This document shows positions 10,411 to 19,352 of a stretch of 64,000 nucleotides of DNA, piece after piece. The position numbers and the translations under genes are program-made. Numbering within the stretch: the stretch's first letter is position 1; each line of letters starts with the position of its first letter. The notes below the pieces were generated by a model. The model searched no databases and was not told the origin of the DNA. It saw only the letters and a program-made list of their open reading frames with translations. Origin of the DNA: a virus (lineage: Duplodnaviria > Caudoviricetes); the IMG/VR virus record IMGVR_UViG_3300017963_000189; one strand, given 5' to 3'.

Positions 10411-10439
10411 AAAAAACCCGACAAGATATTTGTCGGGTT
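10411..10439 (-). terminator. Intrinsic terminator between Y-like RNA and rsr start
   Basis: AACCCGACAA-N5-TTGTCGGGTT followed by T-run. Confidence 0.75.
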
Positions 10440-10459
10440 ACTATTGTAAACAAAATATC

Positions 10460-10523
10460 TTGGATAAAAAGTTGTTGATGTTATTTTTACGTGTGATCGC
10501 GATAATCATCAACTACGACCCAA
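10460..10523 (-). ncRNA. Y RNA-like RNA A (64 nt)
   Basis: TTGGGT-CGT-AGTTGATGA-TTATC ... CATCAAC ... TTTT-ATCCAA; adjacent to rsr. Confidence 0.7.
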
Positions 10524-10594
10524 ATTATGTCTGAGATTGTAGGTTTTACAATCTCGTTACTGTTTGTACACATGGTACATCAGCTAAAATATAA

Positions 10595-10916
10595 AAAATT
10601 GGCGGGATTCGCATCTACCCGCAAGCGTTCATTCAGACTTGAATTATTCGAGCATGTCGGTTAACAACCGTCGTTATTAACCTTATGACAGGAAGAACCT
10701 ATCTATTTATCTTCCAACGTCCACTAGCAGTAGCTCTATTGCCAATTATAATGGGGATTTTAGCAGACGAACCATTGATATGTTTTTTTCAACCCCAAGA
10801 GTTGATCCCACTCCCATATCGACAGTCTCTTATTCTCACTGAACTCGCAACCGACTCCCAGAACTTTTCAGTCTGGGCTATCGTACCTTACTCACCTGCA
10901 TGAGTTATTCAGTCAC
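10595..10916 (-). ncRNA. Unidentified ~320-nt structured RNA
   Basis: Non-coding; multiple hairpins (ACTCA/TGAGT, CCCAGAC/GTTCTGGG, GGAAGA/TCTTCC); 5' GACTGAAT can pair with 3' ATTCAAGTC; preceded by boxA-like site. Confidence 0.55.
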
Positions 10917-10920
10917 AAAA

Positions 10921-10932
10921 TTTTCAAAGATC
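10921..10932 (-). promoter_or_regulatory. boxA-like antitermination element (GATCTTTGAAAA)
   Basis: Resembles rrn boxA; precedes ncRNA. Confidence 0.45.
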
Positions 10933-10941
10933 AAAATAAAA

Positions 10942-11030
10942 TGATGGATAAAGGTGGCTAACGAGATTGACGCGCGTCACGTCCTGCGTTTTTTTCGATT
11001 AAAAGATAACGTTAAACCGACGACCCATCA
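10942..11030 (-). ncRNA. Y RNA-like RNA B (89 nt)
   Basis: TGATGGGT-CGT-CGGTTTAACG-TTATC ... CGTTAGCC-ACCTTT-ATCCATCA. Confidence 0.7.
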
Positions 11031-11058
11031 AGTCCTGTATCAATCAGGACTTGTTTAG

Positions 11059-11132
<74 letters not shown>

Positions 11133-11155
11133 ATACAATATGTTATATATACTTA

Positions 11156-11183
11156 TATACTATTCAACTAAATAAAAGTTCCA
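11156..11183 (-). promoter_or_regulatory. Putative alternative-sigma promoter TGGAAC-N16-AGTATA
   Basis: Directly upstream of tRNA-fMet / Y-like RNA B. Confidence 0.5.
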
Positions 11184-11200
11184 TTTTTCTCAAAAAAAAA

Positions 11201-11440
11201 TTTAGGATAAGGAACGACCAGAGAGAGTTGATTTTTCCGTGAAACTATCACGTCTTTTTAACGTTGTTGTTAAAGACTCTCAACGGGGCTTCTTAAACTT
11301 GCTCCCACACAAGAAACTCTAAGACCGCGAAAACTTTCTTCGGTTAAGATTTTACGACGCGGCTAGCAGATCGAGTTTACAATCTACCTTTCATCCTTTT
11401 AGAATTATCTGTAAGGTAACTCTGCATCAACGACCCTAAA
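11201..11440 (-). ncRNA. Y RNA-like RNA C (240 nt, large internal domain)
   Basis: TTTAGGGT-CGT-TGATGCAGAG-TTACC ... CTCTGGTCG-TTCCTT-ATCCTAAA. Confidence 0.65.
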
Positions 11441-11452
11441 AGTTGAGAAAAA

Positions 11453-11464
11453 TTTTCAAAGAAC
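11453..11464 (-). promoter_or_regulatory. boxA-like element (GTTCTTTGAAAA)
   Basis: 12 nt upstream of Y-like RNA C. Confidence 0.45.
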
Positions 11465-11512
11465 TATTTGTACTACCATATATAAGTATATACAAATTTT
11501 CGAAACGTATCT

Positions 11513-11543
11513 ATTATACTACTTTTTGTGAAAAAAAGTTCCA
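11513..11543 (-). promoter_or_regulatory. Putative promoter TGGAAC-N17-AGTATAAT
   Basis: Heads the Y RNA/rsr unit. Confidence 0.5.
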
Positions 11544-11569
11544 TTTTTTGAAACTTTTTTTATTTTTTA

Positions 11570-11923
11570 TCATCCGTCTCGCCATGCTTCAGAATAAGTA
11601 GAAAATTCAAGATCATCACCGAACTTTTCCTTGAGTTTCTTTTCTACTCTCGCCTTAAATTCGGCTCCAGTTTCATCGTCTTTAACTTGATCCCACGACA
11701 CACCAATATAACAACCATAATCTCCGTCATAAGGCCATAGACATTCCATATCAAGTTCTTTTCCTAATTCATATCCAATTTCCCATACATCAGTATCATC
11801 GTCGTCGTTTTCAACTTCCATATTTAAAGCCTCACGAAATTCATCTTCCGATTCAAAACAAATTCCATAAATCAAGAATGAAGATGTGGAACTATTACTT
11901 ACAAACCCATTTCTTACTTTCAT
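11570..11923 (-). CDS. GFVSNSS-motif protein 8
   Basis: Begins MKVRNGFVSNSSTSSF; acidic body. Confidence 0.8.
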   Translation of the reverse strand: MKVRNGFVSNSSTSSFLIYGICFESEDEFREALNMEVENDDDDTDVWEIGYELGKELDMECLWPYDGDYGCYIGVSWDQVKDDETGAEFKARVEKKLKEKFGDDLEFSTYSEAWRDG

Positions 11924-11936
11924 ATTGTTTTCCTTT

Positions 11937-12314
11937 CTAACAATCTACTTCTACTTCAGCAACATTTTTAGGAAGTTTATCTTTAGCAGAATACCAAAGT
12001 TCACCTGGCCAGATTCCATCTACATTATCATATCCATATTTTTCTTCAAATTCTTCCTCAGACAAATCTTCATCTTCAGGTAATAATGTCACAGAAAAAT
12101 CTTCATAAAAACACCAATTACCTGTCATTCCACTAAAAATAACTACATCAAAATCACCAATTTTTTCTTCCTTTCGTCCTAAATAACTATTATCAATGAC
12201 TTGTTTCTCATAAACATCTAAATTGTCTCGCCATTCTTTTTCTTGTTCAGGTGTCATTACAATAGTAAAACTTGAACTTGAACTGTTTGATACAAAACCA
12301 CTACGTATTTTCAT
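11937..12314 (-). CDS. GFVSNSS-motif protein 7
   Basis: Begins MKIRSGFVSNSSSSSF. Confidence 0.8.
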   Translation of the reverse strand: MKIRSGFVSNSSSSSFTIVMTPEQEKEWRDNLDVYEKQVIDNSYLGRKEEKIGDFDVVIFSGMTGNWCFYEDFSVTLLPEDEDLSEEEFEEKYGYDNVDGIWPGELWYSAKDKLPKNVAEVEVDC

Positions 12315-12328
12315 AACCTTTCCTCCTG

Positions 12329-12928
12329 TTAATGTCTACTTACTTTTATATGATATACCCTACGAAACAATGTACCATGTTCCATAGCAGCAAATAATGA
12401 ACTATCGTTATCACTATATTCAAATGTATAGAATACGGCGTCAGGATTCTTTTCCTTGAATCTCTCTAAAATAGCTTTCGCTCGTTTGTCACTTTCTTCC
12501 TCACGAGCTTTCCAACATTTTTCATATAACTCTCTACCCTTGTCCGTTGTATATCCACCATTTTCTAAGGCTTCCCTTTCCATTTCTTTATATTTTTCGT
12601 CTCGTTTGTCGCCACGATATACATCAACATGACCAGGTAATTCTTCATATCCATCAAACCAACCATCCCTGATACAATCCAACATTTGTTCATCAGTCGT
12701 CTCACCATCTTGTTCTTCAATGTCGGCCCATACGATTTGAGCTACTTGATCAACAGGCCAAAATGTGTCCTTGTCGTCCATTCCATATACAAAAGGATTT
12801 GGATAATCGTTTTGACCAGGTGAAAACAAAATCTCTTTTACATCGTTAATGTTTTTTGGTTTACGCGGAAACGCTACCAAAAATGAACTTGAACTTGAAT
12901 TACTTACAAAACCATTTCTAATCTTCAT
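12329..12928 (-). CDS. GFVSNSS-motif protein 6
   Basis: Begins MKIRNGFVSNSSSSSF. Confidence 0.8.
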   Translation of the reverse strand: MKIRNGFVSNSSSSSFLVAFPRKPKNINDVKEILFSPGQNDYPNPFVYGMDDKDTFWPVDQVAQIVWADIEEQDGETTDEQMLDCIRDGWFDGYEELPGHVDVYRGDKRDEKYKEMEREALENGGYTTDKGRELYEKCWKAREEESDKRAKAILERFKEKNPDAVFYTFEYSDNDSSLFAAMEHGTLFRRVYHIKVSRH

Positions 12929-13403
12929 AACGATAACTACCTCTCTCTAAAAATTTATCAATATTGACTTCCCATGAACCTTTTTGATCCTTTACTTCGG
13001 CTAAATCCTTATACATCATATATTCCATACCAAAATTTCTGGCGATAAAAACATAATCGTTTCCTTTGTCATATTGTATATAATAATGATCGTAATGACA
13101 TAACGCCTTAAATGGAATATGATTTTTCAATAAAAACTCTATTACTTCCCACTCATTACATTCAATCGTATATCCATAAGCAGAAACTAACTCGCCTCTC
13201 AATTCCTCAAATTGATCTTGATAACTTACTTGATCTGGGTAATGAGCCATTGTTTTCCAAAATCCAAATCGTTCTAATTGTTCCATTTTCTTTTTTGATA
13301 TAAAAGTCTTTTCACATTTACCTTGAAAATCAAATTGATCCCTAAAATGAACTATAAAAGAACTTGAACTACTATTTGATACAAAACCATTTCTTACTTT
13401 CAT
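12918..13403 (-). CDS. GFVSNSS-motif protein 5
   Basis: Start re-set to MKVRNGFVSNSSSSSF at 13403. Confidence 0.8.
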   Translation of the reverse strand: MKVRNGFVSNSSSSSFIVHFRDQFDFQGKCEKTFISKKKMEQLERFGFWKTMAHYPDQVSYQDQFEELRGELVSAYGYTIECNEWEVIEFLLKNHIPFKALCHYDHYYIQYDKGNDYVFIARNFGMEYMMYKDLAEVKDQKGSWEVNIDKFLERGSYRYED

Positions 13404-13405
13404 TG

Positions 13406-13678
13406 TTATCTCCACTCAACTTTATTCATGTCAATACCAATATATTCTAAAAACTTATACATATCAAAATTATCCATACTACACCAACCATGAATGTATT
13501 TTTCGCCAACATCTATATCCCATTCATCGTATTTACCAAAATAATCACCAACATTTTTTAATTTACCATACTCCAAATGATTCTTTATTTTGTATAGTTG
13601 TTTATCAGTTACACCGTCTCGTTCTATAATAAATGAACTTGATGAACTATTTGATACAAAACCTTGTCTTATCTTCAT
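13406..13678 (-). CDS. GFVSNSS-motif protein 4
   Basis: Begins MKIRQGFVSNSSSSSF. Confidence 0.8.
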   Translation of the reverse strand: MKIRQGFVSNSSSSSFIIERDGVTDKQLYKIKNHLEYGKLKNVGDYFGKYDEWDIDVGEKYIHGWCSMDNFDMYKFLEYIGIDMNKVEWR

Positions 13679-13679
13679 A

Positions 13680-13997
13680 TTAACACAACCTTACACCAGA
13701 ATAAATCCTTACATCTTTTGAATTAGCACCAAACTCTTTTATAAGTTTTTCAGCCATTTGATTTATGTCCTCTAATGTTAAAACGTCACCACCAAAATCA
13801 GTTTCGTCACCCTCAGCAATCTCTATTCCTATAACAGTTTCATCAACTCCGTCCTCTCCGCCTTCATACAAAATTGTATATACATCTTGTAAATCATCTA
13901 ATTGATTCTCGTCATATTTACTATCGTCAAATGGAATGCCTACAATAACAAATGAACTTGTCGAACTATTACTTACAAACCCTACTCTTTTTTTCAT
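13680..13997 (-). CDS. GFVSNSS-motif protein 3
   Basis: Begins MKKRVGFVSNSSTSSF. Confidence 0.8.
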   Translation of the reverse strand: MKKRVGFVSNSSTSSFVIVGIPFDDSKYDENQLDDLQDVYTILYEGGEDGVDETVIGIEIAEGDETDFGGDVLTLEDINQMAEKLIKEFGANSKDVRIYSGVRLC

Positions 13998-14009
13998 TGT
14001 CGCCTCCTA

Positions 14010-14426
14010 TTAATAATATTCCTCTTTTATGATTATAATTTCATCGGTTTTATAGTCAATACCCATTGGTACTAACATCATTGCTCCCATATCATCATAA
14101 TCTTGATCAGATACAGATCCCTCATACAACTTCCAACCATGATTTTTGACCTTATCATATATCTCAGGATACATATCCTCAAACTCTCCAGGTTCCCAGC
14201 ACCTATCATCTATAAATCCATCAAGAGTATATTCATCCGCATTATCAACAAACGCACCAGTGATTATGAAAATAAACTTCTCAACTAACTCTTTCATTGG
14301 AAAATCTTCAGTGGTTTTTATTCCATCTAATACCGTCTTAAAACTACTCTCCAGATCGCCTTCTTTTACCGCTATAACGAAGCTGGACGAGCTGGAATTA
14401 CTTACGAAACCTGTTCTTACTTTCAT
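14010..14426 (-). CDS. GFVSNSS-motif protein 2
   Basis: Begins MKVRTGFVSNSSSSSF. Confidence 0.8.
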   Translation of the reverse strand: MKVRTGFVSNSSSSSFVIAVKEGDLESSFKTVLDGIKTTEDFPMKELVEKFIFIITGAFVDNADEYTLDGFIDDRCWEPGEFEDMYPEIYDKVKNHGWKLYEGSVSDQDYDDMGAMMLVPMGIDYKTDEIIIIKEEYY

Positions 14427-14438
14427 AATTTCTCCCTA

Positions 14439-14858
14439 TTAATAACTACAATATTCTAACATTTCATCAATGTCACCGATTGTCGTAGGTGAATGTTGAT
14501 CACATTCTCCAAATAATACAACTAACTCACCATCAGGTAAATCACTTTTATTAAGTTTCATATCTCCACCATAATCTGAAGCATATTTAGAAATTTCCAA
14601 AACAGTACCAACTTCTAAACGTTTTTCTCCCTCTACATCATCCGCATTAATCAACTCAAGTAATTTACCATATTCATTTTTGTCAAACCATTTGGTATTC
14701 AAGTGAATATATCCACCATCATAAGAATAACTCGTATCAATGAAATACTCATTTTTATTCAAATCTTCAACAGTCAAATCTTTGACATTTACTTTTTTTC
14801 CAATTACTACAAAACTTGAACTGGAACTGTTAGATACAAAACCATTTCTAATTTTCAT
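14439..14858 (-). CDS. GFVSNSS-motif protein 1
   Basis: Begins MKIRNGFVSNSSSSSF. Confidence 0.8.
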   Translation of the reverse strand: MKIRNGFVSNSSSSSFVVIGKKVNVKDLTVEDLNKNEYFIDTSYSYDGGYIHLNTKWFDKNEYGKLLELINADDVEGEKRLEVGTVLEISKYASDYGGDMKLNKSDLPDGELVVLFGECDQHSPTTIGDIDEMLEYCSY

Positions 14859-14886
14859 AACTTATTCTCCCTACTTTATATTATTT

Positions 14887-15123
14887 TTATTGAGGCCATT
14901 CACTTGGAAATTTATCGAGGGCGACCCACACTGTTCCGCCTTCGTAGGGCTCGCCGTTCTCGTCGGCTAACTGAGCCTGAATTACACCATTTCGCTCTCG
15001 TAAATCGCTGATGTTAATTAAGCCCATTCCAAAAGGTGTGAGCCAAGGTGCTTCAAACGGAAGCTTGTTGATCGTGTCGCCAGTTGGCAGCTTCGCTTTT
15101 CCCAAAAATATGTTTTTTCCCAT
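14887..15123 (-). CDS. Hypothetical protein
   Basis: AGGAG SD; lies between radical SAM and motif array. Confidence 0.6.
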   Translation of the reverse strand: MGKNIFLGKAKLPTGDTINKLPFEAPWLTPFGMGLINISDLRERNGVIQAQLADENGEPYEGGTVWVALDKFPSEWPQ

Positions 15124-15134
15124 ATCATTTTCTC

Positions 15135-16169
15135 CTATATTTCATAATGTACACACGATTGTTTACATTCTCTACATTTAATTACTTTATTCCTAAACTC
15201 AATAACTCGTTCACTATTCCACAAATCATTGAGAAAATTGTCCACTTCATTTAACTTAATTCCCTCTTTCCAATCAGATTCACCTTCCATAAAACTACAA
15301 GGGAAAAACTCACCTTTTACATTGAAGTAACTTGAAAATAAACTTGATTCACATGGTTCAATGTATTGTTCATATTGAGAATCATTACCAACTGCTTTCA
15401 AAAACTTGAACGCACCACAACTATCAAATCCAATGGGAACATTATTTGAAAGGGCGAAATTGACAAGTTCACTAAATTTTTCTTGCGAAAGTTGAGTGTA
15501 ACGAGATTCTGCTCGACCCTTTTTCTTGAGTGACAAAAATACAATCGCGTTCATCTTTGATAAACGTTCGTCGTTATGTCTCTCATATATTAAACTACGC
15601 GCCTTGTCAAAAGTTTCATTTGAAATCATAAAATGTATGTTTACCTGATCCATACCACGATCGGTCAGTTTCTTGATCGTGTTGAATGTCATATCCTTGT
15701 CATAATAAGATACGGCTACCGCTCCACAAGCAGCTGCTAAATGATCTGCTAATTCGTCAGTAATACCAGCTCCGTTTACGGTGACATTTGGAATGACTTT
15801 GTTATCTCGACAATACTTGAAGATTTTCCACATATCAGGATTTGAATCTATATCACCTATACCAAAAGCGATTTGTGTGATTGTGGGCGGGAGTTTGGCG
15901 AAAAGTTCCTTGAATGTCTCTAATGTCATATATTCGCCGTTTGGATTGTTTTTCTTGTAACAAAAGTTACATGGAACACCAACACCTTTACACGATGTCG
16001 CTATCTCAATGTCAGCAATCTCAGGACCAAATGGTGAAAATTGTGGATCATCCTCTTGTGTCTTTCCCCAACGCGCAAAAAACCCACTTTTCCTATCAAA
16101 AATAAAGTTGTAATCTCGGGAGTGCAGATAAGTCTTGTCACCCTTATGGGCGATAATCGCTTTGTTCAT
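15135..16169 (-). CDS. Radical SAM enzyme with SPASM/twitch-like C-terminus
   Basis: CKGVGVPCNFC (CX6CX2C variant), IAFGIGD, VTVNG, PCESSLFSSYFNVKGEFFPCSF, CRECKQSC. Confidence 0.85.
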   Translation of the reverse strand: MNKAIIAHKGDKTYLHSRDYNFIFDRKSGFFARWGKTQEDDPQFSPFGPEIADIEIATSCKGVGVPCNFCYKKNNPNGEYMTLETFKELFAKLPPTITQIAFGIGDIDSNPDMWKIFKYCRDNKVIPNVTVNGAGITDELADHLAAACGAVAVSYYDKDMTFNTIKKLTDRGMDQVNIHFMISNETFDKARSLIYERHNDERLSKMNAIVFLSLKKKGRAESRYTQLSQEKFSELVNFALSNNVPIGFDSCGAFKFLKAVGNDSQYEQYIEPCESSLFSSYFNVKGEFFPCSFMEGESDWKEGIKLNEVDNFLNDLWNSERVIEFRNKVIKCRECKQSCVHYEI

Positions 16170-16185
16170 GAATGTAACCCTTTCT

Positions 16186-16485
16186 TTAGAATGGTTTATT
16201 TATATCCTTTATATAATGTCTTATCAAATCTAAATCATTAGCAATATAATCAACTGCTAACATATCAATACCATGACCCTCTTTGTATTTTTTCTCTATT
16301 CGCCGAAAAGATTCTTGTAGAAAATCAAACTCAATCATGACATCGTAAAAATCGTCGGCGTCACGTTCCTCTAAGAAATCATACTCATTGTCCATAATTT
16401 GGGGCGATAATTCCTCAAATGAACGATTCACATTCATCATGAGATTTGTTATCAGTAACGCTTCATCAAGATTTGTATATTCCAT
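16186..16485 (-). CDS. Hypothetical protein
   Basis: Downstream of sigma70 promoter. Confidence 0.65.
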   Translation of the reverse strand: MEYTNLDEALLITNLMMNVNRSFEELSPQIMDNEYDFLEERDADDFYDVMIEFDFLQESFRRIEKKYKEGHGIDMLAVDYIANDLDLIRHYIKDINKPF

Positions 16486-16512
16486 AAAATTTCCTTTCTT
16501 CCATTTTATATA

Positions 16513-16541
16513 AATATAATAAAAAGAAAGAAGATTGTCAA
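16513..16541 (-). promoter_or_regulatory. sigma70-type promoter (TTGACA-N17-TATATT)
   Basis: Exact match; heads the radical SAM/motif-protein operon. Confidence 0.8.
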
Positions 16542-17041
16542 CTGTTTTCTAATATTATTTCCTTATGTCCAAATGCGAACTCTTTATCCATTATTTCATC
16601 TATCTTGAACCAACCTATTTCTGCAGTTTCATTTTCCTCATTATATTTATTTGTCAATTCTGGAAGTTTATCCACTTGTATAAAAAACCTATATCTCAAC
16701 GTAACATTTTGTTTGTTTTGAGCAACATCAGATGCTACATAATATGGTTGATGTACATTAAGTAGATTGTCGCTGAAATATTGTTTTATATTTAATCCCG
16801 TTTCTTCATATATCTCACGAACAACGGCTTCAACTCCGGATTCATTCCAATCAAGATAACCACATGGTAAATTCCAATAACCTTGATAATCCGGTGCACC
16901 TTGTCCGCGCTGATTAATCAAAACATATGTTTCGCCTTTACAACGAACAAAAACTAATCCCACGACGGCAATAGAACGAGAAATCCAATAGACTTGCCCT
17001 TCATGTTCAATCATTTTATTTTGTACGTTATTAAATTTCAT
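16538..17041 (-). CDS. Nudix hydrolase (ADP-ribose pyrophosphatase-like)
   Basis: LPCGYLDWNESGVEAVVREIYEETGL; start MKFNN after GGAG. Confidence 0.9.
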   Translation of the reverse strand: MKFNNVQNKMIEHEGQVYWISRSIAVVGLVFVRCKGETYVLINQRGQGAPDYQGYWNLPCGYLDWNESGVEAVVREIYEETGLNIKQYFSDNLLNVHQPYYVASDVAQNKQNVTLRYRFFIQVDKLPELTNKYNEENETAEIGWFKIDEIMDKEFAFGHKEIILENS

Positions 17042-17066
17042 AAAATCTCCTATTTTAATTGTTAGT

Positions 17067-17095
17067 AATATACGAAAATAAAAATGATTTGTCAA
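17067..17095 (-). promoter_or_regulatory. sigma70-type promoter (TTGACA-N17-TATATT)
   Basis: Exact match. Confidence 0.8.
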
Positions 17096-17286
17096 CTGTT
17101 TTCTGATATTTCTTCAAATTCTATATCTTGTATTTCCTCAACGAAGTAAAGTAACCCATCTTTCTTTAAAACTAAATCGGCTTGTTTGTACCATCTAAAC
17201 CAATCTAACTTATCTGCCGAAAACCCCGTATCCGGAGTTTTCATTTTTACAACCCATCTTTTGTCTTGAAATGATAAAAATTCCAT
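17092..17286 (-). CDS. Hypothetical protein
   Basis: Co-oriented ORF. Confidence 0.6.
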   Translation of the reverse strand: MEFLSFQDKRWVVKMKTPDTGFSADKLDWFRWYKQADLVLKKDGLLYFVEEIQDIEFEEISENS

Positions 17287-17288
17287 AT

Positions 17289-17528
17289 TTATCTTACCAA
17301 CGCTAATATATTTTCTTCATCTACAATAAAAGAACCATCAGACAATTCTATAGCTTTTCTTTTATCAAATATAACTTTTTTATTTTCACTTATAGCAGTT
17401 TCGCCATTTTTTAGAACAAGTCCAACAACCACCTTTTCATTTTGATCCGTATATTCTATTATACTACTTTTACTTTCTTTTATTTCTTCTATATGTAATC
17501 TCTTACCATAAGTATTTTGTATTTCCAT
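17289..17528 (-). CDS. Hypothetical protein
   Basis: Start re-set to MEIQN after GGGAG. Confidence 0.6.
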   Translation of the reverse strand: MEIQNTYGKRLHIEEIKESKSSIIEYTDQNEKVVVGLVLKNGETAISENKKVIFDKRKAIELSDGSFIVDEENILALVR

Positions 17529-17549
17529 TTCATTTCTCCCATATAACCA

Positions 17550-17574
17550 GGTGGGGCATGGAGAGAGCCCCACC
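17550..17574 (-). terminator. GC-rich hairpin after hsp20 (terminator or stabiliser)
   Basis: GGTGGGGC-N9-GCCCCACC; weak U tail. Confidence 0.45.
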
Positions 17575-17597
17575 GGATTTCAGCCATTACGAAGCGG

Positions 17598-18014
17598 TTA
17601 TTTGATTTCTATTTCTTTTAGTTTTTCTTCCTCTTTTTTGGGAAGCGTAATTGTTAGGACACCATTCTTGAAATTGGCGTCGATGTTTTGTTTATCAAAA
17701 GAATCTCCAAGATAAAACCTACGAGCAAAAGTTTTACTACCTATCTCTCGATAAAGATATTTCTTCTTTTCCTCTTTTTCTTCTTTTACTTCGCCGGACA
17801 CGGTTAAGTAACCTTTTTCATACTCGATTTTGATGTCTTTCTTATCAAATCCTGGCGTTACGGCGACAACCTCTAATTGATCGTCTTTCTCAACAACGTC
17901 AACTTTTACATTGTCGCCATCGAAAAATCCCAGACTTCTCCGATTAAAAAAGAAATCACTATCATCAAAAAGTGACGGAATGTCGCGTGAAAAATATTTA
18001 ATTAAACTATCCAT
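17598..18014 (-). CDS. Small heat shock protein (Hsp20/alpha-crystallin)
   Basis: VDVVE..., PGFDKKDI, F.RRF.L, ANFKNGVLTITLPK. Confidence 0.93.
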   Translation of the reverse strand: MDSLIKYFSRDIPSLFDDSDFFFNRRSLGFFDGDNVKVDVVEKDDQLEVVAVTPGFDKKDIKIEYEKGYLTVSGEVKEEKEEKKKYLYREIGSKTFARRFYLGDSFDKQNIDANFKNGVLTITLPKKEEEKLKEIEIK

Positions 18015-18149
18015 AATTAATTCTCCTTGTGTTTGTTTTACGTTATAGTTTAATCAAATATGTTACAAATATCGTACCAAAAAATCTCAGTCGTTGTTTT
18101 TATTGATTTTATCTTAGTTTAGTAAAATAACCATTATTTTTGTATGTCA

Positions 18150-19352
18150 TTATGTCACACTTAGTATGACATCATTGTTCGTGTCGCCAAAAACGGTGGC
18201 GAAAATCGCTTCCTTCTTGTCAAGGATATAATAATATACATCAACCTGTTCGCTCGTCTTTCTCAATGTTTGATTCTTGTAATGTACATCTTTACCCTCT
18301 TTTATGATCTTATCATAATGTTTCAATCTTTCCAAGTTCTCATTGTTTGTAACTCTAAAATGTTCCTGAGCTCTTGACTTCATTGGTTTATTGATTATAT
18401 CTTGTCGTTTTAAACCGGTCAACTTCTCAAAACTTTCATTCGCATCAAGTATAATGTAATCGACCACTCTATTCTTTTTATCATAAATAAGTTTTTTGTA
18501 GGCTATCGCATTGAAACTACGATGAAAAAGTAACTTGTATTTTCTCTCGTTTTCTTTGGCTTGTTCAGTGAGAAATTTTGTTTTTGTTATGTCTTGAATC
18601 GTTTGTATAAAATATAATGGTTCATCGTTTGATGTTTTTTGTAAAGTGGTTGTAACCAACGCCCAGAAGTAGAAACCATTATATTTCTTGAATCGTTTCT
18701 CTACTTGAACAAAATCTTGACCACCATCTAATAACCTATTACAAATATAATCAACCGATTCCAGATCAGATTTATATGTTATATCTTTTGGAGTAAGATC
18801 AAGTATGTCGCCACGAGTGTAACCCAATAGGTTACAAAATGTGTCGTTTACATCCATGTATTTCATGTCCATGTCTACTATGGCTTGAGCGACACCGGGA
18901 TTGTTGAATAATCCATCGAATTTTTCTTGTTCGATTTTCTCAGTGTTCGCTAACATCCTCTCGTTCGTTACATCACGACCAACTAAAATAAGGTATTCAT
19001 CGTCGTATAAACCATGAGCTGGATCATCTTGTGATGGAGTGTTAGATATACGATGTATATAATACTTACATGATACTAACTTAGTATCACTATTTTTTGT
19101 TTGTATAAAGAATTCCTGTTCACCATTGAATGTTTCATTGAACATTTTTTGTAATACTTTTTCGGTGTTGTCCTTATCATCTTCTATTACTAATGATGAA
19201 AAAGGTTTTTCCTGCATTTCATGATGATTATATCCCAACGCCTTAAAAGTATTGTTATTTACTTCTTGTACTCGTTTGAATTCATCAATGATGAAAATCA
19301 TTGCATCAACTTCATTTAATAAGTTGTATAAAAAATCTTTATCATTTAACAT
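18150..19352 (-). CDS. Multi-PAS domain protein without output domain
   Basis: Three PAS/PAC repeats (VNNNTFKALGY, VNDTFCNLLGYT, ANESFEKLTGL). Confidence 0.85.
   Translation of the reverse strand: MLNDKDFLYNLLNEVDAMIFIIDEFKRVQEVNNNTFKALGYNHHEMQEKPFSSLVIEDDKDNTEKVLQKMFNETFNGEQEFFIQTKNSDTKLVSCKYYIHRISNTPSQDDPAHGLYDDEYLILVGRDVTNERMLANTEKIEQEKFDGLFNNPGVAQAIVDMDMKYMDVNDTFCNLLGYTRGDILDLTPKDITYKSDLESVDYICNRLLDGGQDFVQVEKRFKKYNGFYFWALVTTTLQKTSNDEPLYFIQTIQDITKTKFLTEQAKENERKYKLLFHRSFNAIAYKKLIYDKKNRVVDYIILDANESFEKLTGLKRQDIINKPMKSRAQEHFRVTNNENLERLKHYDKIIKEGKDVHYKNQTLRKTSEQVDVYYYILDKKEAIFATVFGDTNNDVILSVT

Noticed and set aside
8727-10424. ORF-track start of the Ro60 gene at 10424
   Set aside because: That start lies inside the terminator hairpin; AGGAGG precedes the ATG at 10370
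10595-10916. Group I or group II intron
   Set aside because: No domain V/VI signature or P7 core seen, and it does not interrupt a gene
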